A stretch of DNA of 26,591 bases from Pirellulales bacterium. GTDB lineage: Bacteria; Planctomycetota; Planctomycetia; Pirellulales; JADZDJ01. Positions within the stretch are counted from its first letter, which is position 1. Every line of letters starts with the position of its first letter. Below, one piece after another: positions 10,827 to 18,566 of the stretch. A model generated the notes under the pieces. It saw only the letters and a list, made by a program, of their open reading frames with translations. It ran no database searches and was not told where the DNA came from. The stretch spans positions 1 through 26,591 of the forward strand of contig DASXPQ010000351.1 in NCBI GenBank assembly GCA_036493575.1, read 5' to 3'. Position numbers and translations under genes: made by a program.

Positions 10827-10912
10827 AGTCTGGTGTCTGGGTGTCTGCCGCCTGAACGTCCGTCGGCCCATGATCGGCTGACCAGACTCCAGGCGCCCAA
10901 ACACTCAGGCAC
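10827..10912. repeat. Degenerate heptamer (CARRCAC-like) arrays in both orientations, rpsD-rpoA spacer
   Basis: GTCTG-GTGTCTG-G-GTGTCTG-CCGCCTG ... CAGACTC-CAGGCGC-C-CAAACAC-T-CAGGCAC. Confidence 0.75.
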
Positions 10913-10921
10913 ATCGACCCG

Positions 10922-11548
10922 CTATTTCGAACACAACTCCACAATCAAATTCGCTTGAATACCGCCCAACGAAACATCTTCGGCGGTCGGCAAACGATTC
11001 ACGCGCCCTTCAGGAATGGCGCCTTCTACTCGCGAAAGGAAATCGGGAATATCGCGATGATATTCGGCCACACAGGTCTGTACGGCCTGCAAACTCTTGC
11101 CGCGGTTCTTCGCGCGAATGACGTCGCCCACGTGCACCAAGTAACTAGGTATGTCGCAGCGGCGGCCATTCACTGTAATGTGCCCATGACAAATGAGCTG
11201 CCGCGCCTGAGCGCGGGACAAGCCGAAACCCAGCCGACTGACGATGTTATCCAATCGCCGCTCCAGCAGGCTCATCAGCATTTCACCGGTATTGCCTTTG
11301 CCCTTCACCGCCCGCCTGTAATAACCGCGAAATTGCCGCTCCAACACGCCGTAATAATGCTTCACTTTTTGCTTTTCGCGCAAATGGATGCCGTAATCGG
11401 TCAGCTTTCCACGGCGGGTGGCCATGCCCGGCGGCGTTTCCCGCCGCTCAATGGCGCATTTGGGTGTGTCACAGCGCGTGCCCTTTAAAAAGAGCTTTAA
11501 TCCGTCGCGACGGCACAAACGACAAACAGGTCCAGTAGTACGAGCCAT
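10922..11548 (-). CDS. rpsD: 30S ribosomal protein S4 (Zn-motif C+ form)
   Basis: MARTTGPVCRLCRR...RCDTPKC, LREKQKVK, LERRLDN, ARQLICHGHITVNG, LIVELCSK. Confidence 0.97.
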   Translation of the reverse strand: MARTTGPVCRLCRRDGLKLFLKGTRCDTPKCAIERRETPPGMATRRGKLTDYGIHLREKQKVKHYYGVLERQFRGYYRRAVKGKGNTGEMLMSLLERRLDNIVSRLGFGLSRAQARQLICHGHITVNGRRCDIPSYLVHVGDVIRAKNRGKSLQAVQTCVAEYHRDIPDFLSRVEGAIPEGRVNRLPTAEDVSLGGIQANLIVELCSK

Positions 11549-11629
11549 AATTTCCGTTGTTAAAACTAAGCGTTGTGTGATGTTTCCGATTCTGTTTCCG
11601 TACTACGTACGATTAAACACACTGTTCAA

Positions 11630-12016
11630 TTACACGCGGCGACGTTTAGGCGGCCGGCAACCGTTGTGCGGCAGCGGTGTGATATCTTCGATCGATTTGA
11701 TCGTCAGCCCCGCCGCCTGCAGCGCCGTGATCGCACTTTCCCGTCCGCTGCCCGGTCCCTTAACTTTCACTTCCACTTCCTTCACGCCGAACTTTGTGGC
11801 CTTTTCCGCCGCTTGCTGAGCCGCCATCTGTCCGGCAAACGGCGTGCTCTTGCGCGAACCTTTGAAGCCCGAAGTGCCGGCGCTCGCCCAACACAACGCG
11901 TCCCCTTTGGTATCGGTAATGGTCACGGTGGTGTTGTTAAACGTCGCCTTGATAAAGGCGATGCCTACCGTAACGTTCCGCCGCGCTTTTCGTTTCGTTG
12001 TTTTGGCGACAGCCAT
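11630..12016 (-). CDS. rpsK: 30S ribosomal protein S11
   Basis: [51 protein letters not shown]. Start moved to ATG 12016. Confidence 0.97.
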   Translation of the reverse strand: MAVAKTTKRKARRNVTVGIAFIKATFNNTTVTITDTKGDALCWASAGTSGFKGSRKSTPFAGQMAAQQAAEKATKFGVKEVEVKVKGPGSGRESAITALQAAGLTIKSIEDITPLPHNGCRPPKRRRV

Positions 12017-12025
12017 GGTTTGTAT

Positions 12026-12108
12026 TGTGTCTGAGGGGTTGCGTGTCTTGGTTTTTGAAATCGCGTGACTAACTGCCTTGGCGCCCAAACATCCAGGCAC
12101 CAGACATC
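12026..12108. repeat. Same heptamer family, rpsM-rpsK spacer
   Basis: GTGTCTG and GTGTCTTG on the left; GGCGCC-CAAACAT-C-CAGGCAC-CAGACAT on the right. The 21-mer at 12080-12100 is 19/21 identical to 10892-10912. Confidence 0.75.
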
Positions 12109-12111
12109 CAA

Positions 12112-12495
12112 CTACTTCATATCCTTTACGCCCTTCTTACCAGCGACGGTTTTCTTCGGGCCCTTGCGTGTGCGGGCGTTGGTGCGCGTGCGCTGGCCAC
12201 GCACCGGCAAACCGCGCCGGTGCCGTATGCCGCGATAACAGCCGATGTCTTTCAGCCGGGCCACGTTCTGCGTCACTTGGCGGCGCAACTGCCCTTCCAC
12301 CGTATAATCTTTATCCAACAGCGCGGCCATCCGCGCCACTTCGTCTTCGTGCAAATCGCGAGCATGCGCCTGCTCATTCACTCCAGCCTTGTGGCACAGC
12401 TCGCGGGCAACTCGCGGCCCAACGCCGTACAAGTACTGCAACGAGATGAACGTTGGTTTGTCGGGCGGAATATCAACGCCAAGTAAACGTGGCAT
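12112..12495 (-). CDS. rpsM: 30S ribosomal protein S13
   Basis: [45 protein letters not shown]. Confidence 0.98.
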   Translation of the reverse strand: MPRLLGVDIPPDKPTFISLQYLYGVGPRVARELCHKAGVNEQAHARDLHEDEVARMAALLDKDYTVEGQLRRQVTQNVARLKDIGCYRGIRHRRGLPVRGQRTRTNARTRKGPKKTVAGKKGVKDMK

Positions 12496-12505
12496 TTGTT
12501 TTTGT

Positions 12506-12599
12506 GGTTTCTAAAAGTCTGGTGTCGAATTGCCTGGTCTATGCTGGATGCTTGGCACATACGGTTTCAGACACCAGAAACCGAGGCACCCAAGCACCC
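12506..12599. repeat. Same heptamer family, rpmJ-rpsM spacer
   Basis: TCTGGTGTC, TGCCTGG, GGATGCTTGG ... CAGACAC-CAGAAAC-C-GAGGCAC-C-CAAGCAC. Confidence 0.7.
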
Positions 12600-12603
12600 C
12601 TTC

Positions 12604-12717
12604 TCAACCTTGCCGCTGCTTGTGGCGCGGGTTATTGCATACCACGTACACTACGCCCCTCCGGCGCACAATTTTGCAGTGGTCACACAAGCGCTTAACA
12701 CTGGCGCGGATTTTCAT
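12604..12717 (-). CDS. rpmJ: 50S ribosomal protein L36 (Zn-ribbon C+ form); not in the supplied ORF track
   Basis: Manual translation: [37 protein letters not shown] (37 aa). GAGGT SD upstream. Confidence 0.97.
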   Translation of the reverse strand: MKIRASVKRLCDHCKIVRRRGVVYVVCNNPRHKQRQG

Positions 12718-12778
12718 AACCCAAATACCTCAGCGAACCATCGCTCCAATAGATTTCGGCCAGGACTGAAAGCCTTTC

Positions 12779-12808
12779 AGTATATGGTTTGGCACGCGAT
12801 TTGTTCAA
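12779..12808 (-). promoter_or_regulatory. Predicted internal promoter for rpmJ-rpsM-rpsK-rpsD-rpoA-rplQ
   Basis: TTGAAC-N18-TATACT on the minus strand in the map-rpmJ spacer. Confidence 0.55.
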
Positions 12809-12820
12809 GGGCTCAGAACG

Positions 12821-12853
12821 CCTATTTTCTCGGAGTCTCGCTGAGAAAATAGG
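12821..12853 (-). terminator. 11-bp perfect hairpin immediately after the map stop (terminator or processing stem)
   Basis: CCTATTTTCTC-N11-GAGAAAATAGG; no clear U-tract follows. Confidence 0.45.
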
Positions 12854-13711
12854 CTAGCCCGTAGTTTGGGGCACCCGACCCAAAAGATCCCGCAGCACGG
12901 TATCGTCAAATTCTTCGCCCGGCTGCGGTGGGGCTGTGAGTACCCAGGGACCGTCACCCGTCATCGCTACCGTGTGCTCGAAGTGGGCACTGTAACGGCC
13001 ATCGGCGGTGACTTGCGTCCAATGATCGGGCAGCGTTTTGGTCTTCTTGGTGCCCATGTTCACCATCGGTTCCACCGCAATAACCAATCCCGGTTCCAAA
13101 TTAAAATCATGACTCCGTCTCAATTGCGCTGTGACGAAATTAGGCACTTGCGGTTCCTCGTGCATATCGCGGCCAATGCCGTGCCCGACGAAGTTTTCCA
13201 CAACCGAAAAACCGTTATCCCGCACATAGGTGCCCATTTCGCGCGCCACGTCGCTCCAGCGAGTTTTCACGGCCATCAGTTCAATGGCCAAATCGAGCAC
13301 TCCTTTGGTCACGTCCAACAACCGCTGCACGTCGGCAGACACGGCGCCCACCGGATGCGTATAGGCCGAGTCGCCACACCAGCCGTTGAGCTTGCAGCCG
13401 GTGTCGAGGCTGACAATATCGCCTGCGTTCAGCCGTCGCGCTCCTGGGATGCCGTGCACCACCTCGTCGTTAACGCTGGTGCATGTCGCAGCCGGAAAGG
13501 GTACTTTACCGGGCACGCCTTTAAACAGCGGCACGGCGTGGTAACGTGCAAAGTATTCGTCAATGACTGCATCAATTTCGGCCGTCGTAATTCCAGGCCG
13601 GACTAAGGCTTTCGCCGCCTGATGCGCGCCCCATACCGCCAGCCCAGCTTTTCGCATGAGCCCCAATTCACGAGGCGAACGCAAGTTGATGCACTTGGGT
13701 GAATTTGTCAC
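12854..13711 (-). CDS. map: Methionine aminopeptidase type I
   Basis: SVNDEVVHGIP, GDIVSLDTG, GDSAYT, GHGIGRDMHEEP, IAVEPM, SAHFEHTV. Start uncertain (GTG 13711 or 13732, or a downstream TTG). Confidence 0.95.
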   Translation of the reverse strand: MTNSPKCINLRSPRELGLMRKAGLAVWGAHQAAKALVRPGITTAEIDAVIDEYFARYHAVPLFKGVPGKVPFPAATCTSVNDEVVHGIPGARRLNAGDIVSLDTGCKLNGWCGDSAYTHPVGAVSADVQRLLDVTKGVLDLAIELMAVKTRWSDVAREMGTYVRDNGFSVVENFVGHGIGRDMHEEPQVPNFVTAQLRRSHDFNLEPGLVIAVEPMVNMGTKKTKTLPDHWTQVTADGRYSAHFEHTVAMTGDGPWVLTAPPQPGEEFDDTVLRDLLGRVPQTTG

Positions 13712-13842
13712 GGGAGAATTTGTCTTCGGCACGCCGGGTCGATATCGATGAGCAATCCAAGGGCGGCACGACCCAGGCCCGCCAGGTTGCTGATTTCCAC
13801 CATTATCTGCCAAATTATCCTACCTCGAAGCGGCTACCGCGG

Positions 13843-14412
13843 CTACCGCTGTGGCACTTTGATTTGCTCCACGGCTTTACGCATCCGCGAAAATACTTCG
13901 TCCATTGTGCCCATGGCATCCACCGCGTGCAATATCTTGCCCTGACGATAATAATCCGAAAGAGGTTTCGTTTGTTCCTGATAGGTAATCATTCGCTGGC
14001 GGATTACCTCGGGCTTGTCATCCCCCCTACCCCGCGACATCAGTCGCTTGATCACCTCCTCTTGATCGACTTGCAGCTCAATCACCGCATCGAGCGGTTC
14101 TCCGCGGCCATCCAGAAACTGATCAACCGCTCGGGCCTGGGGCAAACTGCGCGGAAAGCCATCCAATAAAAAGCCTGTGCCGCAATCCGGAAGCTCCAAT
14201 CGTTGTTCGACAAGTTGCAGCACCGCATTGTCGGGCACCAATTTGCCCTGATCGATAAACTGTTTGGCGTGCAAGCCAACGGAGGTGCCTTTGGCGATGG
14301 CGTCTCGCAACATATCGCCTGTCGACAGATGCGGAATTTGCAAGAATTCCACTAACCTTTGCGCTTGTGTTCCTTTGCCAGCGCCAGGAGGACCCAGAAG
14401 AACTAATCGCAT
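13843..14412 (-). CDS. adk: Adenylate kinase, short LID-less type
   Basis: P-loop GPPGAGKGTQA, HLSTGDMLR, LLDGFPRS. Short RGRGDD segment in place of the long LID. Confidence 0.96.
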   Translation of the reverse strand: MRLVLLGPPGAGKGTQAQRLVEFLQIPHLSTGDMLRDAIAKGTSVGLHAKQFIDQGKLVPDNAVLQLVEQRLELPDCGTGFLLDGFPRSLPQARAVDQFLDGRGEPLDAVIELQVDQEEVIKRLMSRGRGDDKPEVIRQRMITYQEQTKPLSDYYRQGKILHAVDAMGTMDEVFSRMRKAVEQIKVPQR

Positions 14413-14444
14413 GGTGGTGTTAGGCCGTTAAGCGACGATCCGCC

Positions 14445-15797
14445 TTACTCCAGCAATCCCTTGTAATTACGCATCACCAAGTGACTGTCGATTTTTTGCA
14501 CCAGATCGAACGCCACGCTCACTGCAATCAGCAACGTCGTGCCACCATAAAATTGCGAAATAGTAAACGGAATTTCCAGTGCGCCCGATACCAACGTGGG
14601 CACAATGGCCACCACCGCCAGGAACGCAGCTCCGACGTAAGTGATTCGCACCATTACTCTTTCCAGATAATCTTCGGTGCGCTTGCCGGGCCGGTAACCT
14701 GGAATAAACGTGCCGAAATCTTTCAGATTGTCCGACACGTCCTTCGGGTTGAACATGATCGCAGTCCAAAAATAGCAGAAAAAGAAAATCAAAGCCACAT
14801 ACGAGATGTTATAGATGTACGAAGTGCCACGCGTGAACGCATCGTTCAAACTATCCCAAAAGCCGCCATAACTCGTAGCCATTTGTCGGAATAACAAATT
14901 CGGAAATAACAGTAAGCTGCTGGCGAAAATAATTGGCATGACGCCGGCGTGATTCACTCGCAGCGGCAAATATTGCCGCGTGCCGCCGAACACGCGTCGG
15001 CCACGCACATGTTTGGCGCTTTGCGTCGGAATGCGGCGCTGACCTTGGGTCATATACACCACGCCCGCCACGACGCTGACGAACAAGATTCCCATCACAA
15101 TCCATTTTTCCGGGCCGAACTTGCCCACACTTCCGCCCAATTCCAACGAGCTGTTGCGAATCATATCGAGGAAGGCGTTCGGCATGCGTGCCAGAATGCC
15201 GGCCATGATTAATAAACTGATGCCGTTGCCGATGCCGAATTCGTCAATCTGCTCGCCCAGCCACATCAAAAAGATGGTGCCGGTGGTCATAACCATGACC
15301 GACAAGAATTGCCAGAAGAGCGGTAGATTTCCATTCACCAAAAAGTCAGCCGAAACGAAGCTGCGATTGCCAGTTCCATGAATTATATAAGCCAAATAGC
15401 CCCAGCTTTGCCCAATGCAAATGACCACAGTCGCGTAACGGGTATATTCGTTAATTTTTTTGCGGCCGCTTTCACCTTCTTTCTGCAACTGCTCCAACGG
15501 ACCCCACACGCTCCCCAACAATTGAAAGATAATCGACGCCGAAATGTACGGCATAATTCCCAGGCCGAAAATCGTTCCCATCGTCAAATTGCTGGCGGTG
15601 AACACGGCCGCCTGATTAAAAAACGAGCCCAGGCCGGAACCCTGCTGCGCCTGGGCGGAGCTTTTCATGAATTCCACGTCGACAATCGGCAGGGGAATTT
15701 GAAAACCCACCCGGTAGATCGCCAAGAAGAGCATCGTCAGCAGAATTTTCTGCCGCAGCTCCGGAATCGTGAACATGACCCGCAGTTTTTCCCACAT
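14445..15797 (-). CDS. secY: Preprotein translocase subunit SecY
   Basis: IFGLGIMPYISASIIFQLL, WLGEQIDEFGIGNGISLLI, GVMPIIFASS, FIPGYRPGK, GGTTLLIAV. Confidence 0.98.
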   Translation of the reverse strand: MWEKLRVMFTIPELRQKILLTMLFLAIYRVGFQIPLPIVDVEFMKSSAQAQQGSGLGSFFNQAAVFTASNLTMGTIFGLGIMPYISASIIFQLLGSVWGPLEQLQKEGESGRKKINEYTRYATVVICIGQSWGYLAYIIHGTGNRSFVSADFLVNGNLPLFWQFLSVMVMTTGTIFLMWLGEQIDEFGIGNGISLLIMAGILARMPNAFLDMIRNSSLELGGSVGKFGPEKWIVMGILFVSVVAGVVYMTQGQRRIPTQSAKHVRGRRVFGGTRQYLPLRVNHAGVMPIIFASSLLLFPNLLFRQMATSYGGFWDSLNDAFTRGTSYIYNISYVALIFFFCYFWTAIMFNPKDVSDNLKDFGTFIPGYRPGKRTEDYLERVMVRITYVGAAFLAVVAIVPTLVSGALEIPFTISQFYGGTTLLIAVSVAFDLVQKIDSHLVMRNYKGLLE

Positions 15798-15876
15798 GGC
15801 TTGCTCCGTCGGCAGGATGATTCGGCAATCGGGTTATTCTAACCGCTTCTGCGGCGGTGCGGGGAGAGGAAAATCA

Positions 15877-15902
15877 CCAATCAAATCTCGAAATTTGATC
15901 GG
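15877..15902 (-). terminator. Hairpin in the rplO-secY spacer, possible attenuator
   Basis: mRNA CCGAUCAAAU-N6-AUUUGAUUGG (10 bp, one GU), followed by UGAUUUU. Confidence 0.4.
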
Positions 15903-15935
15903 CCCGCAAGGTCGTGCGACATCAACTTCTAAAGA

Positions 15936-16433
15936 TTACTTCGCCGCCGCAGACGCTTTCGGTTTTTTCCGCACTACCGGCTTGGGCTCCGGCAGGACAA
16001 TGGCTTCGCCGCCTGCCTGTTTGATTTTTTCCAGGGCCGAGACACTGAACTTATGGGCCGTGATTTTCAGTTTTTTCTTGAGATCGCCCTGACCAAGCAC
16101 TTTCAAGGCGTCGCAGGGCCGCTTGCACAATCCGGCGGCACGCAGCGTATCCAAGTTGACATCATCACCCGATTTGAACGCCGTCTGTAGATCGCCGAGA
16201 TTGACAATAGCCACCCGGGGTCCCCACTGATTATGGAAACCGCGTTTCGGAATGCGCCGAATCAGCGGCATTCGTGCCCCTTCAAAAATCACCGGCGCTG
16301 CCCAACCGGCAAGCTGACCCTGGCCCTTATGGCCGCGACCGGAGGTTTTGCCACGGCCTGAGCCGATGCCGCGACCCACGCGCAGCCGCTTGGTGTTCTT
16401 GTGAATGCCCCGATGCACGTCGTTCATGTTCAT
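15936..16433 (-). CDS. rplO: 50S ribosomal protein L15
   Basis: RVGRGIGSGRGKTSGRGHKGQ, FEGARMPLIRRIPKRGF. ATGA overlap with rpsE. Confidence 0.97.
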   Translation of the reverse strand: MNMNDVHRGIHKNTKRLRVGRGIGSGRGKTSGRGHKGQGQLAGWAAPVIFEGARMPLIRRIPKRGFHNQWGPRVAIVNLGDLQTAFKSGDDVNLDTLRAAGLCKRPCDALKVLGQGDLKKKLKITAHKFSVSALEKIKQAGGEAIVLPEPKPVVRKKPKASAAAK

Positions 16434-16915
16434 GGCAAGGTTACTCCGCGCAGACGCTGCACTTCCACCGGCGTGCGCAATTGCTTGAGGGCGTTCAGCG
16501 TGGCTTTAACCACGTTGATCGGATTCGTCGAGCCGTAAGTTTTGGTGAGCACGTCGTGAATGCCGGCCGCTTCGCACACTGCTCGCACTGCGGCGCCGGC
16601 TATTACTCCGGTACCAGGACTGGCCGGCAGCAAAATCACATCCGACGCGCCAAAGTGCCCCAGCACCGAATGAGCAATCGTGCTCCCTTCCAACGTAACT
16701 TCGATCATCTGGCGCGAGCCGTCTTTAATTGCTTTTTCCACCGCCGGCGGCACTTCGTTCGCTTTTCCATAACCTGCGCCAACTCTGCCACGGCCATTGC
16801 CGACCACTACCATGCCATTAAAGCTGAATCGACGGCCACCCTTCACCACGGCGGCGCAGCGCCGGATACGAATAACCTTTTCAATCAGTTCGCCGCGATT
16901 GGATTCAGAGGCCAT
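16430..16915 (-). CDS. rpsE: 30S ribosomal protein S5
   Basis: VVKGGRRFSF, GAGYGKANEVP, GTGVIAG, GSTNPINVVKAT. Confidence 0.97.
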   Translation of the reverse strand: MASESNRGELIEKVIRIRRCAAVVKGGRRFSFNGMVVVGNGRGRVGAGYGKANEVPPAVEKAIKDGSRQMIEVTLEGSTIAHSVLGHFGASDVILLPASPGTGVIAGAAVRAVCEAAGIHDVLTKTYGSTNPINVVKATLNALKQLRTPVEVQRLRGVTLP

Positions 16916-16938
16916 GATGTAACTTCAAATTCAATAGG

Positions 16939-17307
16939 TTAAAAACTCAATCCTGCCTTACGCGCCGATTCAGCCAGCGCGGCAATGCGGCCGTGATATT
17001 TACCGCTGCCACGGTCGAAACACACTTGCTTAATGCCCGCCGCCATAGCACGCTCGGCAATCGCTTGGCCAACGGCTTCGGCGGCCGCTTTGTTGCCGCC
17101 GTATTTTATTTTGCCCTTCAATGCCTTTTCGGTCGTCGCCGCGGATGTCAGGGTGCTCCCCTTCGAATCGTCGATCACCTGGGCATAGGTATGCTTCAAA
17201 CTGCGAACAATGCACAATCGCGGACGATCTTGCGTACCGCGAATATGTCGGCGCACCCGAAACGAGCGACGCTTCCGTTGCAGACCAATTCTTTTTTCGT
17301 GATTCAT
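16939..17307 (-). CDS. rplR: 50S ribosomal protein L18
   Basis: [33 protein letters not shown]. Confidence 0.97.
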   Translation of the reverse strand: MNHEKRIGLQRKRRSFRVRRHIRGTQDRPRLCIVRSLKHTYAQVIDDSKGSTLTSAATTEKALKGKIKYGGNKAAAEAVGQAIAERAMAAGIKQVCFDRGSGKYHGRIAALAESARKAGLSF

Positions 17308-17326
17308 GGCATCATCGCTTCATCGA

Positions 17327-17872
17327 TTACTTCGTTACTGCCTTGCCAGCCTTGCGGCGCACTTGCTCGCCGTCGTACCGGATACCTTTGCCCTTATACG
17401 GTTCCGGCTTGCGCACTGCACGCACTTCCGCGGCAAATTGGCCAACCGCTTGCTTATCAACGCCCTTAATCAAAATGTGCGTTTGGTCCGGGCAGGTAAC
17501 ATTTAACCCTGCTGGAATCGGCAGATGCACTTCGTTGGCAAATCCCACGCGAAGTTGCAGCTGATTTTTTTGGATGGCGGCCAAATAGCCCACGCCCACG
17601 ATTTCCAACTTCTTTTCGTAGCCCTTGGTAACCCCTTCGACCATATTGCGGAGCAAGGCGCGAGTCAGTCCGTGCACTGCCTTGGCCTGCCGACCGTCGT
17701 TTTTGCGCGTGACCACCAGTCGCTTGGCCGCATCATCGAACTTGATGTCGACCAGCGGCAAGTAAAACTGCTTCAGCTTGCCCAGCGGACCTTCCACCGC
17801 AACTTCGCTGGCGCTGACAGCCACTTTCACTTTGTCTGGCACGACAACGGGGATTTTTCCAATACGCGACAT
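17327..17872 (-). CDS. rplF: 50S ribosomal protein L6
   Basis: MSRIGKIPV, LEIVGVGY, RKPEPYKGKGIRY. Confidence 0.98.
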   Translation of the reverse strand: MSRIGKIPVVVPDKVKVAVSASEVAVEGPLGKLKQFYLPLVDIKFDDAAKRLVVTRKNDGRQAKAVHGLTRALLRNMVEGVTKGYEKKLEIVGVGYLAAIQKNQLQLRVGFANEVHLPIPAGLNVTCPDQTHILIKGVDKQAVGQFAAEVRAVRKPEPYKGKGIRYDGEQVRRKAGKAVTK

Positions 17873-17905
17873 AACGCACTCAAACTTTTCAGCTATCTAT
17901 TTTTG

Positions 17906-17932
17906 TTCGATTTCGGATTTCGATATTCAGAT
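17906..17932. repeat. Heptamer-type tandem repeat (TTCGGAT-like, 4 copies), rpsH-rplF spacer
   Basis: TTCGAT-TTCGGAT-TTCGATA-TTCAGAT. Confidence 0.6.
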
Positions 17933-17941
17933 GATTTCCAA

Positions 17942-18337
17942 TTACCACAGTTCGCACAATACTTCGCCGCCGAGCTTGCGTTGCCGCGCTTCCCGATCAC
18001 TAATCACACCCCGGCTCGTGCTCAGGATGCAAATGCCCAGGCCGCTCAGCACGGGCCGTAGCTTCGTGGCCACCGAGTAAATGCGCCGGCCTGGCTTACT
18101 GACGCGCTTCATATGCCGGATCACACGTTCTCCGTTGGGACCGTATTTCAGCTCAATTCGCAACTGGTTGGCCGGCTGCGATTCAAGCTCCTTCCAGTCC
18201 CAAATGTAGCCCTCGCGCTTCAGCACATCGGCCACGCCGCGCTTCACTTTGGAAGACGGCATATCAACCGTGGGCCGCTCTACGCGAATGGCGTTGCGGA
18301 TGCGGGTTAGCATATCGGCGATCGGATCGGTCATCAT
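17942..18337 (-). CDS. rpsH: 30S ribosomal protein S8
   Basis: DPIADMLTRIRNA, SKPGRRIY, ILSTSRGV, GGEVLCELW. Confidence 0.98.
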   Translation of the reverse strand: MMTDPIADMLTRIRNAIRVERPTVDMPSSKVKRGVADVLKREGYIWDWKELESQPANQLRIELKYGPNGERVIRHMKRVSKPGRRIYSVATKLRPVLSGLGICILSTSRGVISDREARQRKLGGEVLCELW

Positions 18338-18351
18338 ACGTTGTAGTCCTC

Positions 18352-18537
18352 TTACCAGCTCGCCTTTCTTACGCCGGGAATCACACCTTGATCAGCCATC
18401 TTACGGAAACAAATGCGGCATAAGCCGAACTTGCGATACACCGCCCGCGGACGGCCGCAAATTTGGCAGCGCCGCCGCAATTTGGTTGAAAATTTCGGCT
18501 TCTGTTTCGCTCTCGCAAGTTTCGATGCGCTTGCCAT
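18352..18537 (-). CDS. rpsN: 30S ribosomal protein S14, 61-aa Zn-binding type Z
   Basis: [33 protein letters not shown]. Confidence 0.97.
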   Translation of the reverse strand: MASASKLARAKQKPKFSTKLRRRCQICGRPRAVYRKFGLCRICFRKMADQGVIPGVRKASW

Positions 18538-18566
18538 ATTTCAGTTGTCGCCGTTTCAGGTGTCGC

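Noticed and set aside
10815-10904. N-terminal extensions of rpoA (and likewise rpsK to 12100, rplP to 21251, VOC to 3617, map to 13813)
   Set aside because: Longest-ORF artefacts; downstream starts match family N-termini, several with SD sequences.
10827-12599. Interpretation of the recurring spacer repeats as a CRISPR array or IS ends
   Set aside because: Units are 7-21 nt, degenerate, separated by whole genes, with no spacers, cas genes or transposase.
12496-12852. 118-aa plus-strand ORF filling the map-rpsM gap
   Set aside because: Antisense to the genuine rpmJ and its promoter region.
13833-13854. 9-nt tandem GCGGTAGCC duplication at the adk stop
   Set aside because: Only two copies of a short GC-rich unit; compatible with chance or trivial slippage.
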